The translations under genes were made by a program, and so were the position numbers. A stretch of DNA of 64,000 nucleotides from Bacteroidales bacterium (GTDB lineage Bacteria > Bacteroidota > Bacteroidia > Bacteroidales > ML635J-15): assembly GCA_017551515.1 (NCBI GenBank), contig JAFZLK010000038.1:16064-80063 (forward strand). The letters are read 5' to 3'. The first letter of the stretch is position 1; every line of letters starts with the position of its first letter. The notes under the pieces are model-generated. The model had not been told where the DNA came from and did no database searches. It saw nothing but the letters and a program-made list of their open reading frames with translations. Below, one piece after another: positions 27,301 through 34,902 of this stretch.

Positions 27301-27411
27301 ATCGGTTTCGGGGTTGGCTGCCTCGCATGGATTTTCGCATACTACTATCTGAGCAAACGAACTGGTAGCCAATACGATAAATGCAATTGCAAAAAGTAAA
27401 AATCTTTTCAT
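24397..27411 (-). CDS. T9SS-sorted surface protein: two Cys-framed He_PIG-like modules, seven PKD domains and a type-A CTD
   Basis: A signal peptide is present. One canonical WDFGDG PKD domain is followed by six W[TS]F.GG.P.TS variants. The C-terminus IEIYPNPAMSTVNVSAKGMQRISIFDITGRLV...IRITTNTGTIVRTLVVE is a type-A CTD. Confidence 0.85.
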   Translation of the reverse strand: MKRFLLFAIAFIVLATSSFAQIVVCENPCEAANPETDEFSSTIIQYHPAEIPEFTVGTPVDLCLTLLIPASISEGGMTIVIDSIALRGFQNIPDGLSICVSDTMAHPNTAYTAHITGTPTIAGNYDLKIVARAYSASTQAFLLNMANSMLAQGYSSGITLVVNALGTELPIANFSASTTNATVNEEIRFVDESAFSPTSWLWDFGDGSTSTEQNPTHTYSAIGTYTVQLTVENENGSDTEIKENYITIEQGLICLSDACPIVTDADFTETTIPYYTSQPMAYQVNTPVDLCLTIKCPETTSVEVNIYGNYSVNANANISSIDINGLSNLPAGLEYCLSGTYMESNEYQSIHIYGTPTEVGEFNINISGVIDGTVTSPINMQISNREIPFASGIVLRITQDPNALYADFVASATRITEGETITFTNLSQNAGAYLWTFTGGNPITSTDENPSVTYAEAGMYSVTLKAAASTLELLTNAATETKENYIIVTAPSGNDIDVDFEADRTTVQVGTTVHFTSHCSSNASAFSWTFDGGEPSTSTNANPDVTYNTPGVYDVSLRAGSSNIMIYVNGVTETKRGYITVTEEPVEPPQPDAVVANFYVPASLPAGQPITMQNRSQNATSCFWSFEGATPATSTDENPTIIYSRTGTFAITLFVTNGTDSDTKTVNVNVVDVASADFTADNRTIIAGETVSFTNLSINASTFYWTFAGGNPSTSTDVNPNVTYDTPGSYSVTLFAAGENSNDTETKTAYITVLPVTSADFEASAVDVFVGDSVFFYNLSENATSFFWTFEGGVPENSTEVNPVVVYSAPGYYDVTLFATNGHGYDIETKTAYIYVRAVTAADFTADITTVRVGEAVSFVNLSENAISYYWSFQGGEPATSQEENPVVVYATAGVYNVTLFATSGASTDMETKEGFITVVDETGIGVAGEDNIEIYPNPAMSTVNVSAKGMQRISIFDITGRLVFDMDSNSDTETIDISSFQRATYAIRITTNTGTIVRTLVVE
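24655..25389 (-). repeat. Three tandem ~249-nt coding repeats (PKD domains 5-7 of the 1004-aa protein)
   Basis: The aa 675-919 units begin ADFTADNRTIIAGETVSF, ADFEASAVDVFVGDSVFF and ADFTADITTVRVGEAVSF. Each is followed by NLS.NA...W.F.GG.P..S...NP.V.Y...G.Y.VTLFA. Confidence 0.8.
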
Positions 27412-27437
27412 ACCTATACACTTTTATTTTGGTTTGG

Positions 27438-27445
27438 CAAAGTTA
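27438..27445 (-). promoter_or_regulatory. -7 box for the 1004-aa PKD gene
   Basis: The plus strand reads CAAAGTTA (minus TAACTTTG), 27-34 nt upstream of the ATG. Confidence 0.4.
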
Positions 27446-27516
27446 GCAAAACCAAAATTTAAATGCAACCATAAAAATAGATTTTTGTAGTATTCATTTT
27501 TCCACCTCATACATAC

Positions 27517-27544
27517 AAAAAAAGCGGACAATTGCCCGCTTTTT
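27517..27544 (-). terminator. Terminator downstream of the small OMP gene
   Basis: AAAAAAA GCGGACAATTGCCCGC TTTTT. It is nearly identical in sequence to the hairpin at 24369-24395. Confidence 0.65.
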
Positions 27545-27569
27545 ATTTCAATTTCCATTTTACTATTTA

Positions 27570-28124
27570 TCAGTGGAATATGTATCTTACACCAAGTGCA
27601 ACACCCCAGCCGAAGTATCTATATAAATCATTTGCTGGTCTATAATGATTTAACAAATAGAAATGAGCCATTGGTCTTAAATCCAAGCTCAACTGTAATG
27701 GAACATCAAGGTCGGTCAAGAAATCGTATTCGAGACCAATCTGCGCACCAACACCCAGAGAAATATCCGAATGATCGGAATCAGCTATTATGGTATTTAC
27801 CTGGGCTGCTGGTCCAACAAACCAATTGAATCCGGAAACGATGTTCCAGTGCCACTGATACGAACCAGTAAAACCTAAAAATAGTCCATGGTGTACTTTT
27901 CCATCATTATGATGTATAAACGCGACATCGCCAACACCAAGATCAAGTTCCCATCTATTATCTGCGTCAACTTTCGTCAAATAAGAAAGTTCTGCGCCCC
28001 AGAGGTCAACACCGCCACCGAATCTTACACCCAGACCGCCATTGTCGCTCTGTGCATTTGCCTGCTGTACCGAGCATAAAGTTAATGCTACAACAGCACT
28101 CATGATAACTAATAACTTCTTCAT
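27570..28124 (-). CDS. Small outer-membrane beta-barrel protein (porin-family/OmpW-like)
   Basis: 184 aa with a signal peptide ending ANAQ. Alternating beta-strand pattern and a terminal aromatic residue context (LGVRYIFH). Confidence 0.6.
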   Translation of the reverse strand: MKKLLVIMSAVVALTLCSVQQANAQSDNGGLGVRFGGGVDLWGAELSYLTKVDADNRWELDLGVGDVAFIHHNDGKVHHGLFLGFTGSYQWHWNIVSGFNWFVGPAAQVNTIIADSDHSDISLGVGAQIGLEYDFLTDLDVPLQLSLDLRPMAHFYLLNHYRPANDLYRYFGWGVALGVRYIFH

Positions 28125-28237
28125 TCTTCTTTGTTTTTAATAAATTACATAAAATAAACAATACATCCATATTCACGGACGACGCGCAAAATTACAACAA
28201 ATGATTCAATCAATTTTGGTTAATCTCATAAAATATA

Positions 28238-30370
28238 TTAACTACCAATTGTGACAATAAAAGCTCCGTCTTTTCTAACATCATGTACATCGCAACCCAA
28301 TGCTTCGCTTTCAGCTTCCCATGCCTCGCAACGCGAAATGCTGTTGGAACTTGACACCACAATCTTCTTGTAATCAAAGTATTTGCCAATTTCCTCAAGT
28401 GTAACCTGCGGACTTTCGGCAAGAATCACATAATCGACATTTACCTTTGTAAAAATTTCGTTATCAAACGGCATAAAGTTGTCGTCAAGGACATAAAGCC
28501 GTAAGCCATCGTAGTTTATGAACTTATTTTTGAAAAACACTTTGCGGTTGTCAATATTAGTTATCGTGGTGAGCAACTTGTCTTTGCCCGATGAAAGATT
28601 TACATACTTTTCCCTGTCGAGACCCTTCTTTAGCCAGTTATTCTTTGCTGTGAACTCAATTTTTTCGGGTTGTACTGAATCAAGGTTGGCGAACATAATG
28701 TTGTCGATGCCGTCAATTATGTTTATTGCGGTTGTTTTGTTGATGTTGTAAACGACCAAAGTCTTTTGCGAACTAGATTCCACCGACTGCCACAAGTCTA
28801 TTACGCTGAAAATCACGCAGAATATCATTGCTACAAGCAAATGCCTATATCGTTTCGTATAGAAAAAGTAGGTTGCAAACATTATTATTGCGGCATAAAG
28901 CAGAAGCATCTGAGGAGCATCAAGGTAAATGTCCTGAGTTGTGGAAAACGGCAGTTTTTCAATAGACAGGCAGGCAAAATTCATCACTTTTGCTATCCAC
29001 GACAGGCAATAGGCAATCGCGGTAGAAACATACGGAATCCACGACACGGCAAAGAACAGGAAGCAAGTCCATATTGCAATTGTCGAAATCGGAATCATTA
29101 CATAGTTAGTAAGCAAGAAATAATTTGAGAACTGGTGGAAATAGTAGAAACAAAGCGGTGCCGTTGCTAGTTGGGCTGCCACCGAAACGGTTGTTAGCGA
29201 CCAAATCCAGTCTAGGACTTTGTTTTTCACCTCGAAAATTGCATACAACTTTGGTTGCAATATGATAATGCCGATTACTGCCGAATACGAAAGTTGGAAT
29301 CCGATGTTTACGAGGTTGTACGGATTTATCAGAAGCAAGATGAACATACTGGCAAATACTGCGTTGAGCGAACCAGAATTGTTCCTTTGCAACTTGCCTA
29401 ATGAAATTATCGAAAACATGAGCGATGCCCTTGTTACTGATGGCGACAAGCCAGTAAACAATGCGTACAACCAAATTAGCGATATGGTAATCAGAACCTT
29501 CAGCCAATTGAGTTTTTCGTTTCGTATGAAAGAAAGTAGAAATATGATAATGCCGTAAATTATGCCTACATGTAAGCCCGAGACTGCCAAAATGTGCATT
29601 GCTCCTGCCGATGAATATGCGTGACGGATTTCATCGCTAAGCATATCGCTGTAGCCCATTGTCATAGCCGACATAACCGAAACTTCATCGTCTGAAAGCC
29701 CAAAATCGCGCAATAGTCCGACAAGTTTCATACGCAGGCGCGAAAGTTTTGGACGGAACCCTATTGCTTCATCATCAACAAGTCGCCAGTCGTCACCAGC
29801 AAGGTAGTCGGAACTAAAAATCATGTTGTAGGCTAGGTATTTGCGATAGTCAAACTCCTCTGGATTGCCTTTGTTTTCGATGTCAGACAGTTCTGGACTG
29901 AAAACAATTTTATCGCCTGTCCGCAGAAGCACCGATGCAGAATCCTTTTCCAAGTATAGCAAAGTGCGTCCCGATGTTTCTATCCACTCGTCACCATCGC
30001 GAATAGCCGAAACATTAATTTCGAGCGAGACATTGTTTTCCTTTATCTTGGGGTCGTCGGCAACTTCACCAATTACGAATCCCTTATATCCAGCAAGCGT
30101 GTCCTTTGCCTCGTTTTCGACATTGAACGAAGCCAGTAGTAACCCCGTTGCGACAAGGAAAACATTTGCCGAAATGCCAACCGCAAGCGACAGACTGTAT
30201 TTTGGTATCAATTTGAAAACAAAGAAGCATATTGCAGAGATGCCGAGGAAAGTCCAGCCAATCCATTGTGGGATAGGCAGAAGCAATGCCAGTACGATTC
30301 CCGCGATAAGCGGAATTGTCAGCCTAATGAACGGATAGCGTCTTATTTCTTCGGCAAACGAGAATGTCAT
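28238..30370 (-). CDS. comEC: ComEC/Rec2-family DNA internalisation channel protein
   Basis: 710 aa and polytopic. The SAGAMHILAVSGLHVGIIYG core motif is present, with DUF4131-like N-terminal TM segments. Confidence 0.85.
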   Translation of the reverse strand: MTFSFAEEIRRYPFIRLTIPLIAGIVLALLLPIPQWIGWTFLGISAICFFVFKLIPKYSLSLAVGISANVFLVATGLLLASFNVENEAKDTLAGYKGFVIGEVADDPKIKENNVSLEINVSAIRDGDEWIETSGRTLLYLEKDSASVLLRTGDKIVFSPELSDIENKGNPEEFDYRKYLAYNMIFSSDYLAGDDWRLVDDEAIGFRPKLSRLRMKLVGLLRDFGLSDDEVSVMSAMTMGYSDMLSDEIRHAYSSAGAMHILAVSGLHVGIIYGIIIFLLSFIRNEKLNWLKVLITISLIWLYALFTGLSPSVTRASLMFSIISLGKLQRNNSGSLNAVFASMFILLLINPYNLVNIGFQLSYSAVIGIIILQPKLYAIFEVKNKVLDWIWSLTTVSVAAQLATAPLCFYYFHQFSNYFLLTNYVMIPISTIAIWTCFLFFAVSWIPYVSTAIAYCLSWIAKVMNFACLSIEKLPFSTTQDIYLDAPQMLLLYAAIIMFATYFFYTKRYRHLLVAMIFCVIFSVIDLWQSVESSSQKTLVVYNINKTTAINIIDGIDNIMFANLDSVQPEKIEFTAKNNWLKKGLDREKYVNLSSGKDKLLTTITNIDNRKVFFKNKFINYDGLRLYVLDDNFMPFDNEIFTKVNVDYVILAESPQVTLEEIGKYFDYKKIVVSSSNSISRCEAWEAESEALGCDVHDVRKDGAFIVTIGS

Positions 30371-30906
30371 TGCTTGCTGAATTGTTCAAGCACCTTTATC
30401 AAGTCTTCATCCGACATTCCAAGGAACATGAGTGAAGAATTTGCTGCTTCGGCAAGTTCGTGGTTCGGGTAGTCGGCAATGAACTTTTCGTAATACTGGC
30501 GTGCTTTCTCCTGATTTTTCAAGTGATTTTCGTAGATATACGCCTTCTTGAATATACAAAGCGGATAATTCCTGTAATCCTTGTAGTTTTCCTCTATTCT
30601 TGTGAGATAAGTTATTGCGTTGTTGGGCTGGTTGGCGTTTTCGCTTATTTCGGCAGCGCGGAAAAGATATTCGGGAGCAAGAGTGTCCTCGGCAAACTTG
30701 TCGGCGTATTCGGCATACAGGCGCACCATTTCTATGGCTTTGTCCTTGTCGATGGCTTCGGTCTTATCCTTGTAAAGTTCGGTTTCCTTGGCGGTTATCT
30801 CATCGCGTAAAGTTTCCTGCTCGGTTTTTTCGTGCTTGCAACTTGAAACGCATAAAGCAACAAATGCAAGCATCAAAAACAATCCGTTTTTCAATAGGTT
30901 TTTCAT
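30367..30906 (-). CDS. TPR-repeat lipoprotein
   Basis: A lipobox is present (LCVSSC). TPR-like helices follow (YLFRAAEISE.., KARQYYEKFIADYPNHELAEAA). The stop overlaps the comEC ATG by 4 nt. Confidence 0.65.
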   Translation of the reverse strand: MKNLLKNGLFLMLAFVALCVSSCKHEKTEQETLRDEITAKETELYKDKTEAIDKDKAIEMVRLYAEYADKFAEDTLAPEYLFRAAEISENANQPNNAITYLTRIEENYKDYRNYPLCIFKKAYIYENHLKNQEKARQYYEKFIADYPNHELAEAANSSLMFLGMSDEDLIKVLEQFSKQ

Positions 30907-31115
30907 TTCAATTCAGTTTTTAAGTAATCGTAAATGTATGCAGGACTTTGTATGAACAATCCTGTATTTCTATCAATCAATTTTGTATATATTTTCGAGC
31001 GGTAAACTTTTTCAAAAGCATCTATTATCGACATTCCATAGTCTTCAATCAGATATGAAACCATCGATTCCACATCGCAGTCAACAATAAATTGAAATTG
31101 TTTTTTCGTAATCAT
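30903..31115 (-). CDS. DUF3791-like small helical protein (copy 2)
   Basis: 70 aa from the ATG at 31115; the track start at 31157 is TTG. There are ATGA overlaps with the upstream DUF3990-like gene (31112-31115) and the downstream TPR gene (30903-30906). It resembles the DUF3791 pattern and the other copy at 31582-31791. Confidence 0.6.
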   Translation of the reverse strand: MITKKQFQFIVDCDVESMVSYLIEDYGMSIIDAFEKVYRSKIYTKLIDRNTGLFIQSPAYIYDYLKTELK

Positions 31116-31585
31116 AATCTTTTTAATTTTGAAATGGCGTTCTCTGTCAAGAAACAATATTGATGGATCAATTTTTTGTATTTCAATTCCAATACCAACC
31201 TATCAAGGTCAATCATTCCGTCAAGGTATCTATTTAGTTGATATACAACTCCATCATCGGCAATTGGACCTTTGACTATATCGTATAAATATTTATGTTT
31301 TGAGGCACGTTTTCTGTTTTCAAGAATGAACAATGCCCATTCCACCGAAACATCATCAAATATTTTTACGGATAGTGAGCCGTCATTCAATAACAGTTCA
31401 TCAAATGAATAAGATTGAACTACAGGCACTCCAATCTCAGTGAATATACATTTTCTTTCTGCCATCGAATATGCGTGCTGTTTATTCTCTGAAAGATAAA
31501 ATCCACGACCGAAATCTTTGTTCGGATGACATTTTTTTATGTCAATCTGGTCAAAATCATTATTTGTACCGTGGTATAGTATCAT
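31112..31585 (-). CDS. DUF3990-like protein (possible ADP-ribosyltransferase-like fold)
   Basis: 157 aa. MILYHGT...DFGRGFYLSE at the N-terminus is characteristic of DUF3990. There is no signal peptide. It shows ATGA overlaps with both neighbouring genes. Confidence 0.65.
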   Translation of the reverse strand: MILYHGTNNDFDQIDIKKCHPNKDFGRGFYLSENKQHAYSMAERKCIFTEIGVPVVQSYSFDELLLNDGSLSVKIFDDVSVEWALFILENRKRASKHKYLYDIVKGPIADDGVVYQLNRYLDGMIDLDRLVLELKYKKLIHQYCFLTENAISKLKRL

Positions 31586-31791
31586 CTCAATGTACCTCCA
31601 TGATTACGACAATAGACAGACAAATCGGCAACTGCATCCTGAAGCGACATAAGATGTTCTGCTTCATAGCATTTGTCAAGAAAATCAAGGCCTTTATATT
31701 CAAGCAAGTACTCAAACGACCAGCGTGGCGAGAGTTTGAAATGCTTGCCAAAAGCAACAATACAACAATTGATGTATTTTATTTTTTGCAT
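31582..31791 (-). CDS. DUF3791-like small helical protein (copy 1)
   Basis: 69 aa with an ATG start. The stop overlaps the DUF3990-like ATG (ATGA). A CAAATCTA -7 box (minus sense TAGATTTG) lies 17-24 nt upstream. Confidence 0.6.
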   Translation of the reverse strand: MQKIKYINCCIVAFGKHFKLSPRWSFEYLLEYKGLDFLDKCYEAEHLMSLQDAVADLSVYCRNHGGTLR

Positions 31792-31807
31792 AATTTAATT
31801 ATTTTGG

Positions 31808-31815
31808 CAAATCTA
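31808..31815 (-). promoter_or_regulatory. -7 box for the DUF3791/DUF3990/TPR/comEC operon
   Basis: The plus strand reads CAAATCTA (minus TAGATTTG), 17-24 nt upstream of the ATG at 31791. It lies just past the upstream operon's terminator. Confidence 0.4.
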
Positions 31816-31859
31816 AATAAAAATTGTCATTTTCAATTAGATGGAGTAAAAATTTTTGC

Positions 31860-31892
31860 AAAAAAAGAGGCGGGCTGTATGAGCCTCGCCTC
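31860..31892 (-). terminator. Terminator of the TonB-receptor/T9SS-cargo operon
   Basis: The minus sense reads GGAGGCGAGGCT catac AGCCCGCCTC followed by TTTTTTT. Confidence 0.7.
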
Positions 31893-31917
31893 CACACTAA
31901 TGAAATTATGAAATACT

Positions 31918-33585
31918 TTATTCCACAACAATGTTCTTTACAACAACACCTTCTGCTGTTGCGATTCTAACCATGTAGTTAGCCTTTGCAAAGCCTTCAG
32001 CATTGATGGTTTCGAAATCGGAGTTGACATCCTTGTTCATTACAACGCGACCGGTCATGTCCATTATAGTAATGTTCTGCATTCCTTCGGCAGAAATATT
32101 GATAACAGAGCTTGTCGGGTTAGGATAAACACTGATTTCGCTGATTGTGTTTTCGTTAACAGCATCGCCAGGATTGGTTTCGGTTACTGTTACTGTAATA
32201 GTTGCAGTACTTGAAGCATCATCTGAACCGTAAGCAACTAAGGTTGCTGTATAGCTACCAGCTGTTGCATAAGTAACAATTACTTCGTTAGCGGTTGAAG
32301 TTGCAGGCTCACCACCTTCAAATGTCCAAGCGATATGATCAGCATTTGCACTTGTGTTTGTGTAGGTTACCGATGCTCCTGCTTCGATAGAAAGTGCATT
32401 GTTTGTATATGCCGGATTAGTAGTGAAACTTGCTACTACAGTTTCCGGATCAATAGGTTCCGAAGTGACCATTACAGTAAGAGTTGCTTCATTGGTTTCT
32501 TCATCAGCATTGTACGCAACAAGTCTCGTTGTAAAAGTACCAGCTGTTGCGTAAGTAACGGTTACTTCGTCAGCGGTTGAAGTTTCCTGGTCACCACCTT
32601 CAAATGTCCATGCAATATGTGCGGCGTTTGTACTGGTATTTGTGTAAGTAACTGCTGTTCCTGCTTGGATGTTGAGTACATAGTAACCAAATGCTCCAGT
32701 GTATTCAGGATTTGTAGTGAAGCTTGCTGTAACTGCATTCGGATCTTCACCTTCAAGTACAATTACATATAGCAATTTACTATTACTCCTTGTTCCATCT
32801 GCATTGTACGCAGTAAGTGTTGCAGTAAAAGCATATTGGCTTGGTAAATCTCTGTATGTAACAGTAACGGTATTTTCGTTTGAAGTTGCTGGATCTCCGC
32901 CTTCAAATTCCCATGCTATATGATCAGCATTTGTGCTAGTGCTGGTAAATGTAACAGATTCTCCTTGATTGATTCTAACATAAGCAGCACCGAGAATTTC
33001 TTCATATTCGGGATTGGTAGTAAAATCAGCTACAGGAGCAGGTTCTACGGGTCCGTCTCCTTCTACAGTAATGGTAATGTTGGTTGGAACTCCTCCTAAT
33101 GTATTTATACCATTATTAACAGCATCTATAGAAATAGGTAAAAAGCCACCGCTTACTTCTCCATCAATTTCAACTTTCAATTTAAGTTGAAATTCTCCTG
33201 CCTGGGTTGGTGTTCCCGTAATATGCATTGTATATGTGCCATTGGCAGCCATCGGGTTTGCACTTGCGCAAGCTGTAAGCCCGGCTGGAAGATTTACAAG
33301 TTCGTTCAATGTAACATTATTAATTGAGATAGTCGTACCACTAGCCAAAGAGACAATAGCTCCACCATCTACTGTTGTTGGAATTTTAACGCTTACACAC
33401 TGGTCAACAGCCTCACCAACATGCAAAACTGGGAAAGTTGTCGGATAAGTAGGTATTACACCTGTTGAATAGTCAGCATCATTTTCGTGCGGAGCACAAG
33501 CATTATCGCAAACTGGCATTGGCTGTGCGAATCCGCAAATTGTCATTGCAAATATTGCAATTACCGAAAGTAAAAACTTTTTCAT
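31918..33585 (-). CDS. T9SS-sorted surface protein: Cys-framed He_PIG-like N-module, three divergent Ig/PKD-like repeats and a type-A CTD
   Basis: A signal peptide is present. The N-module reads CDNAC...VDQCVS...LPAGLTACAS...HITGTPTQAGEF. The repeats carry IAW[ET]FEGG[DE]. The CTD is ISVYPNPTSSVINISAEGMQNITIMDMTGRVV...VKNIVVE. Confidence 0.8.
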   Translation of the reverse strand: MKKFLLSVIAIFAMTICGFAQPMPVCDNACAPHENDADYSTGVIPTYPTTFPVLHVGEAVDQCVSVKIPTTVDGGAIVSLASGTTISINNVTLNELVNLPAGLTACASANPMAANGTYTMHITGTPTQAGEFQLKLKVEIDGEVSGGFLPISIDAVNNGINTLGGVPTNITITVEGDGPVEPAPVADFTTNPEYEEILGAAYVRINQGESVTFTSTSTNADHIAWEFEGGDPATSNENTVTVTYRDLPSQYAFTATLTAYNADGTRSNSKLLYVIVLEGEDPNAVTASFTTNPEYTGAFGYYVLNIQAGTAVTYTNTSTNAAHIAWTFEGGDQETSTADEVTVTYATAGTFTTRLVAYNADEETNEATLTVMVTSEPIDPETVVASFTTNPAYTNNALSIEAGASVTYTNTSANADHIAWTFEGGEPATSTANEVIVTYATAGSYTATLVAYGSDDASSTATITVTVTETNPGDAVNENTISEISVYPNPTSSVINISAEGMQNITIMDMTGRVVMNKDVNSDFETINAEGFAKANYMVRIATAEGVVVKNIVVE

Positions 33586-33614
33586 ATCTATAAAATTTAA
33601 AATTAAACTCCTAT

Positions 33615-34892
33615 TTACATTTTAATAATCCGCTTTACAGAAGTTCCCTTCTTGGTTTCCACCTTAATCATATATTCCGACTTAGCGAAACCTTCAAGGT
33701 CGATACTTGCTGCCGAGCAATTTTCGTTTGCAAAGTAAATAATTTTTCCTGACATATCAAGTATTGTTATCGAAACAAGGTCTTCGGATTCGATGTTAAG
33801 AATACTGCTTGTCGGGTTCGGGTAAACGCTTACCATATCGTCAATACTATAGTCATTGATACCTACAATACTTATTGTACGGGCAATAGAATCGCGACCG
33901 ATGCTATTTTCTGCTACAAGTGTAATAAGGTAATCGCCTTCTTCTGCAAATGTTACTACCGGGTTTTGTTCGGTGGATGTTTCTGGTGTTCCATTAGCAA
34001 ATGTCCAGCTCCACGATTCAGGCAAGTTTGTGCTTAGGTCGTTGAACTGAACCGAGAAACCATTTTCTGTCTGCGTTGTTGCAAATGAGAAATCGGCTTC
34101 GGGTTCTCCCGCCTCCGCATGGGTGACGTTAATGTATGAAGTTTCTGTCTTTGTGTTTTCACCGCAAGCATTAGTAACAGTCAACGAAACCGGATATGTA
34201 CCAGGAGTAGAATATATTACGCGCGGATTTTCCTCTGTCGAAGTTGCAGGATTGCCACCTTCGAAAGTCCATGTGCGAGTTGCCTGATAACCAGTTGAAG
34301 TATTTGTGAAATTTACTGCACTACCTGCTGAAATTTCGGTTGCATCAGCTGTGAATCCAGCAACAAGAGGAGTAGCTTCTTGCACTGTAACCTGAATAGC
34401 ATCCATTCCATTCGGATAAATAAGGTCAGTGTTTACTGACAAAAAAGTTCCACCCGACAATACAGCACTTAATTTAAGTTGGAATGTTCCTGCTTGCATC
34501 GGTGTGCCAGTTAGATGTAGTGTATAATAACCGTTTGGAACCCAATTTGCATCTGACAGGCAATATGAAATTCCTTCTGGAAGGCCACCAAACCCTTTCA
34601 CTTCTATGCCTCTTAAAGTAATTGTGTTGCTTCCTAATCCAACTGCAGAAAGGTCAATAGATTCTGGGCAATGCATAGTAACGCACATATCTATAGGTTC
34701 GCATGTACGAATCTCGGGGAAGTTTTCTACTGTAGGTGAATATGGAACTATGCCTGTAGAATATACACCGTTAATATCTGGAGGACAAGATTCTCCTTCG
34801 CCGCACACAACCAAAGGTCCGGCACCTGCTGTTTGCGCATTCACTGCAAATGCGAGTGAAATAAATAACACAAATGTTAAAATTTTCTTCAT
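33615..34892 (-). CDS. T9SS-sorted surface protein: Cys-framed He_PIG-like N-module, two PKD domains and a type-A CTD
   Basis: A signal peptide is present. The N-module reads CGEGESC...IDMCVT...LPEGISYCLS...HLTGTPMQAGTF. PKD-like W[TS]F.(G)G.P.TS motifs are present. The CTD is VSVYPNPTSSILNIESEDLVSITILDMSGKII. Confidence 0.8.
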   Translation of the reverse strand: MKKILTFVLFISLAFAVNAQTAGAGPLVVCGEGESCPPDINGVYSTGIVPYSPTVENFPEIRTCEPIDMCVTMHCPESIDLSAVGLGSNTITLRGIEVKGFGGLPEGISYCLSDANWVPNGYYTLHLTGTPMQAGTFQLKLSAVLSGGTFLSVNTDLIYPNGMDAIQVTVQEATPLVAGFTADATEISAGSAVNFTNTSTGYQATRTWTFEGGNPATSTEENPRVIYSTPGTYPVSLTVTNACGENTKTETSYINVTHAEAGEPEADFSFATTQTENGFSVQFNDLSTNLPESWSWTFANGTPETSTEQNPVVTFAEEGDYLITLVAENSIGRDSIARTISIVGINDYSIDDMVSVYPNPTSSILNIESEDLVSITILDMSGKIIYFANENCSAASIDLEGFAKSEYMIKVETKKGTSVKRIIKM

Positions 34893-34902
34893 ATCCTAAA
34901 TA

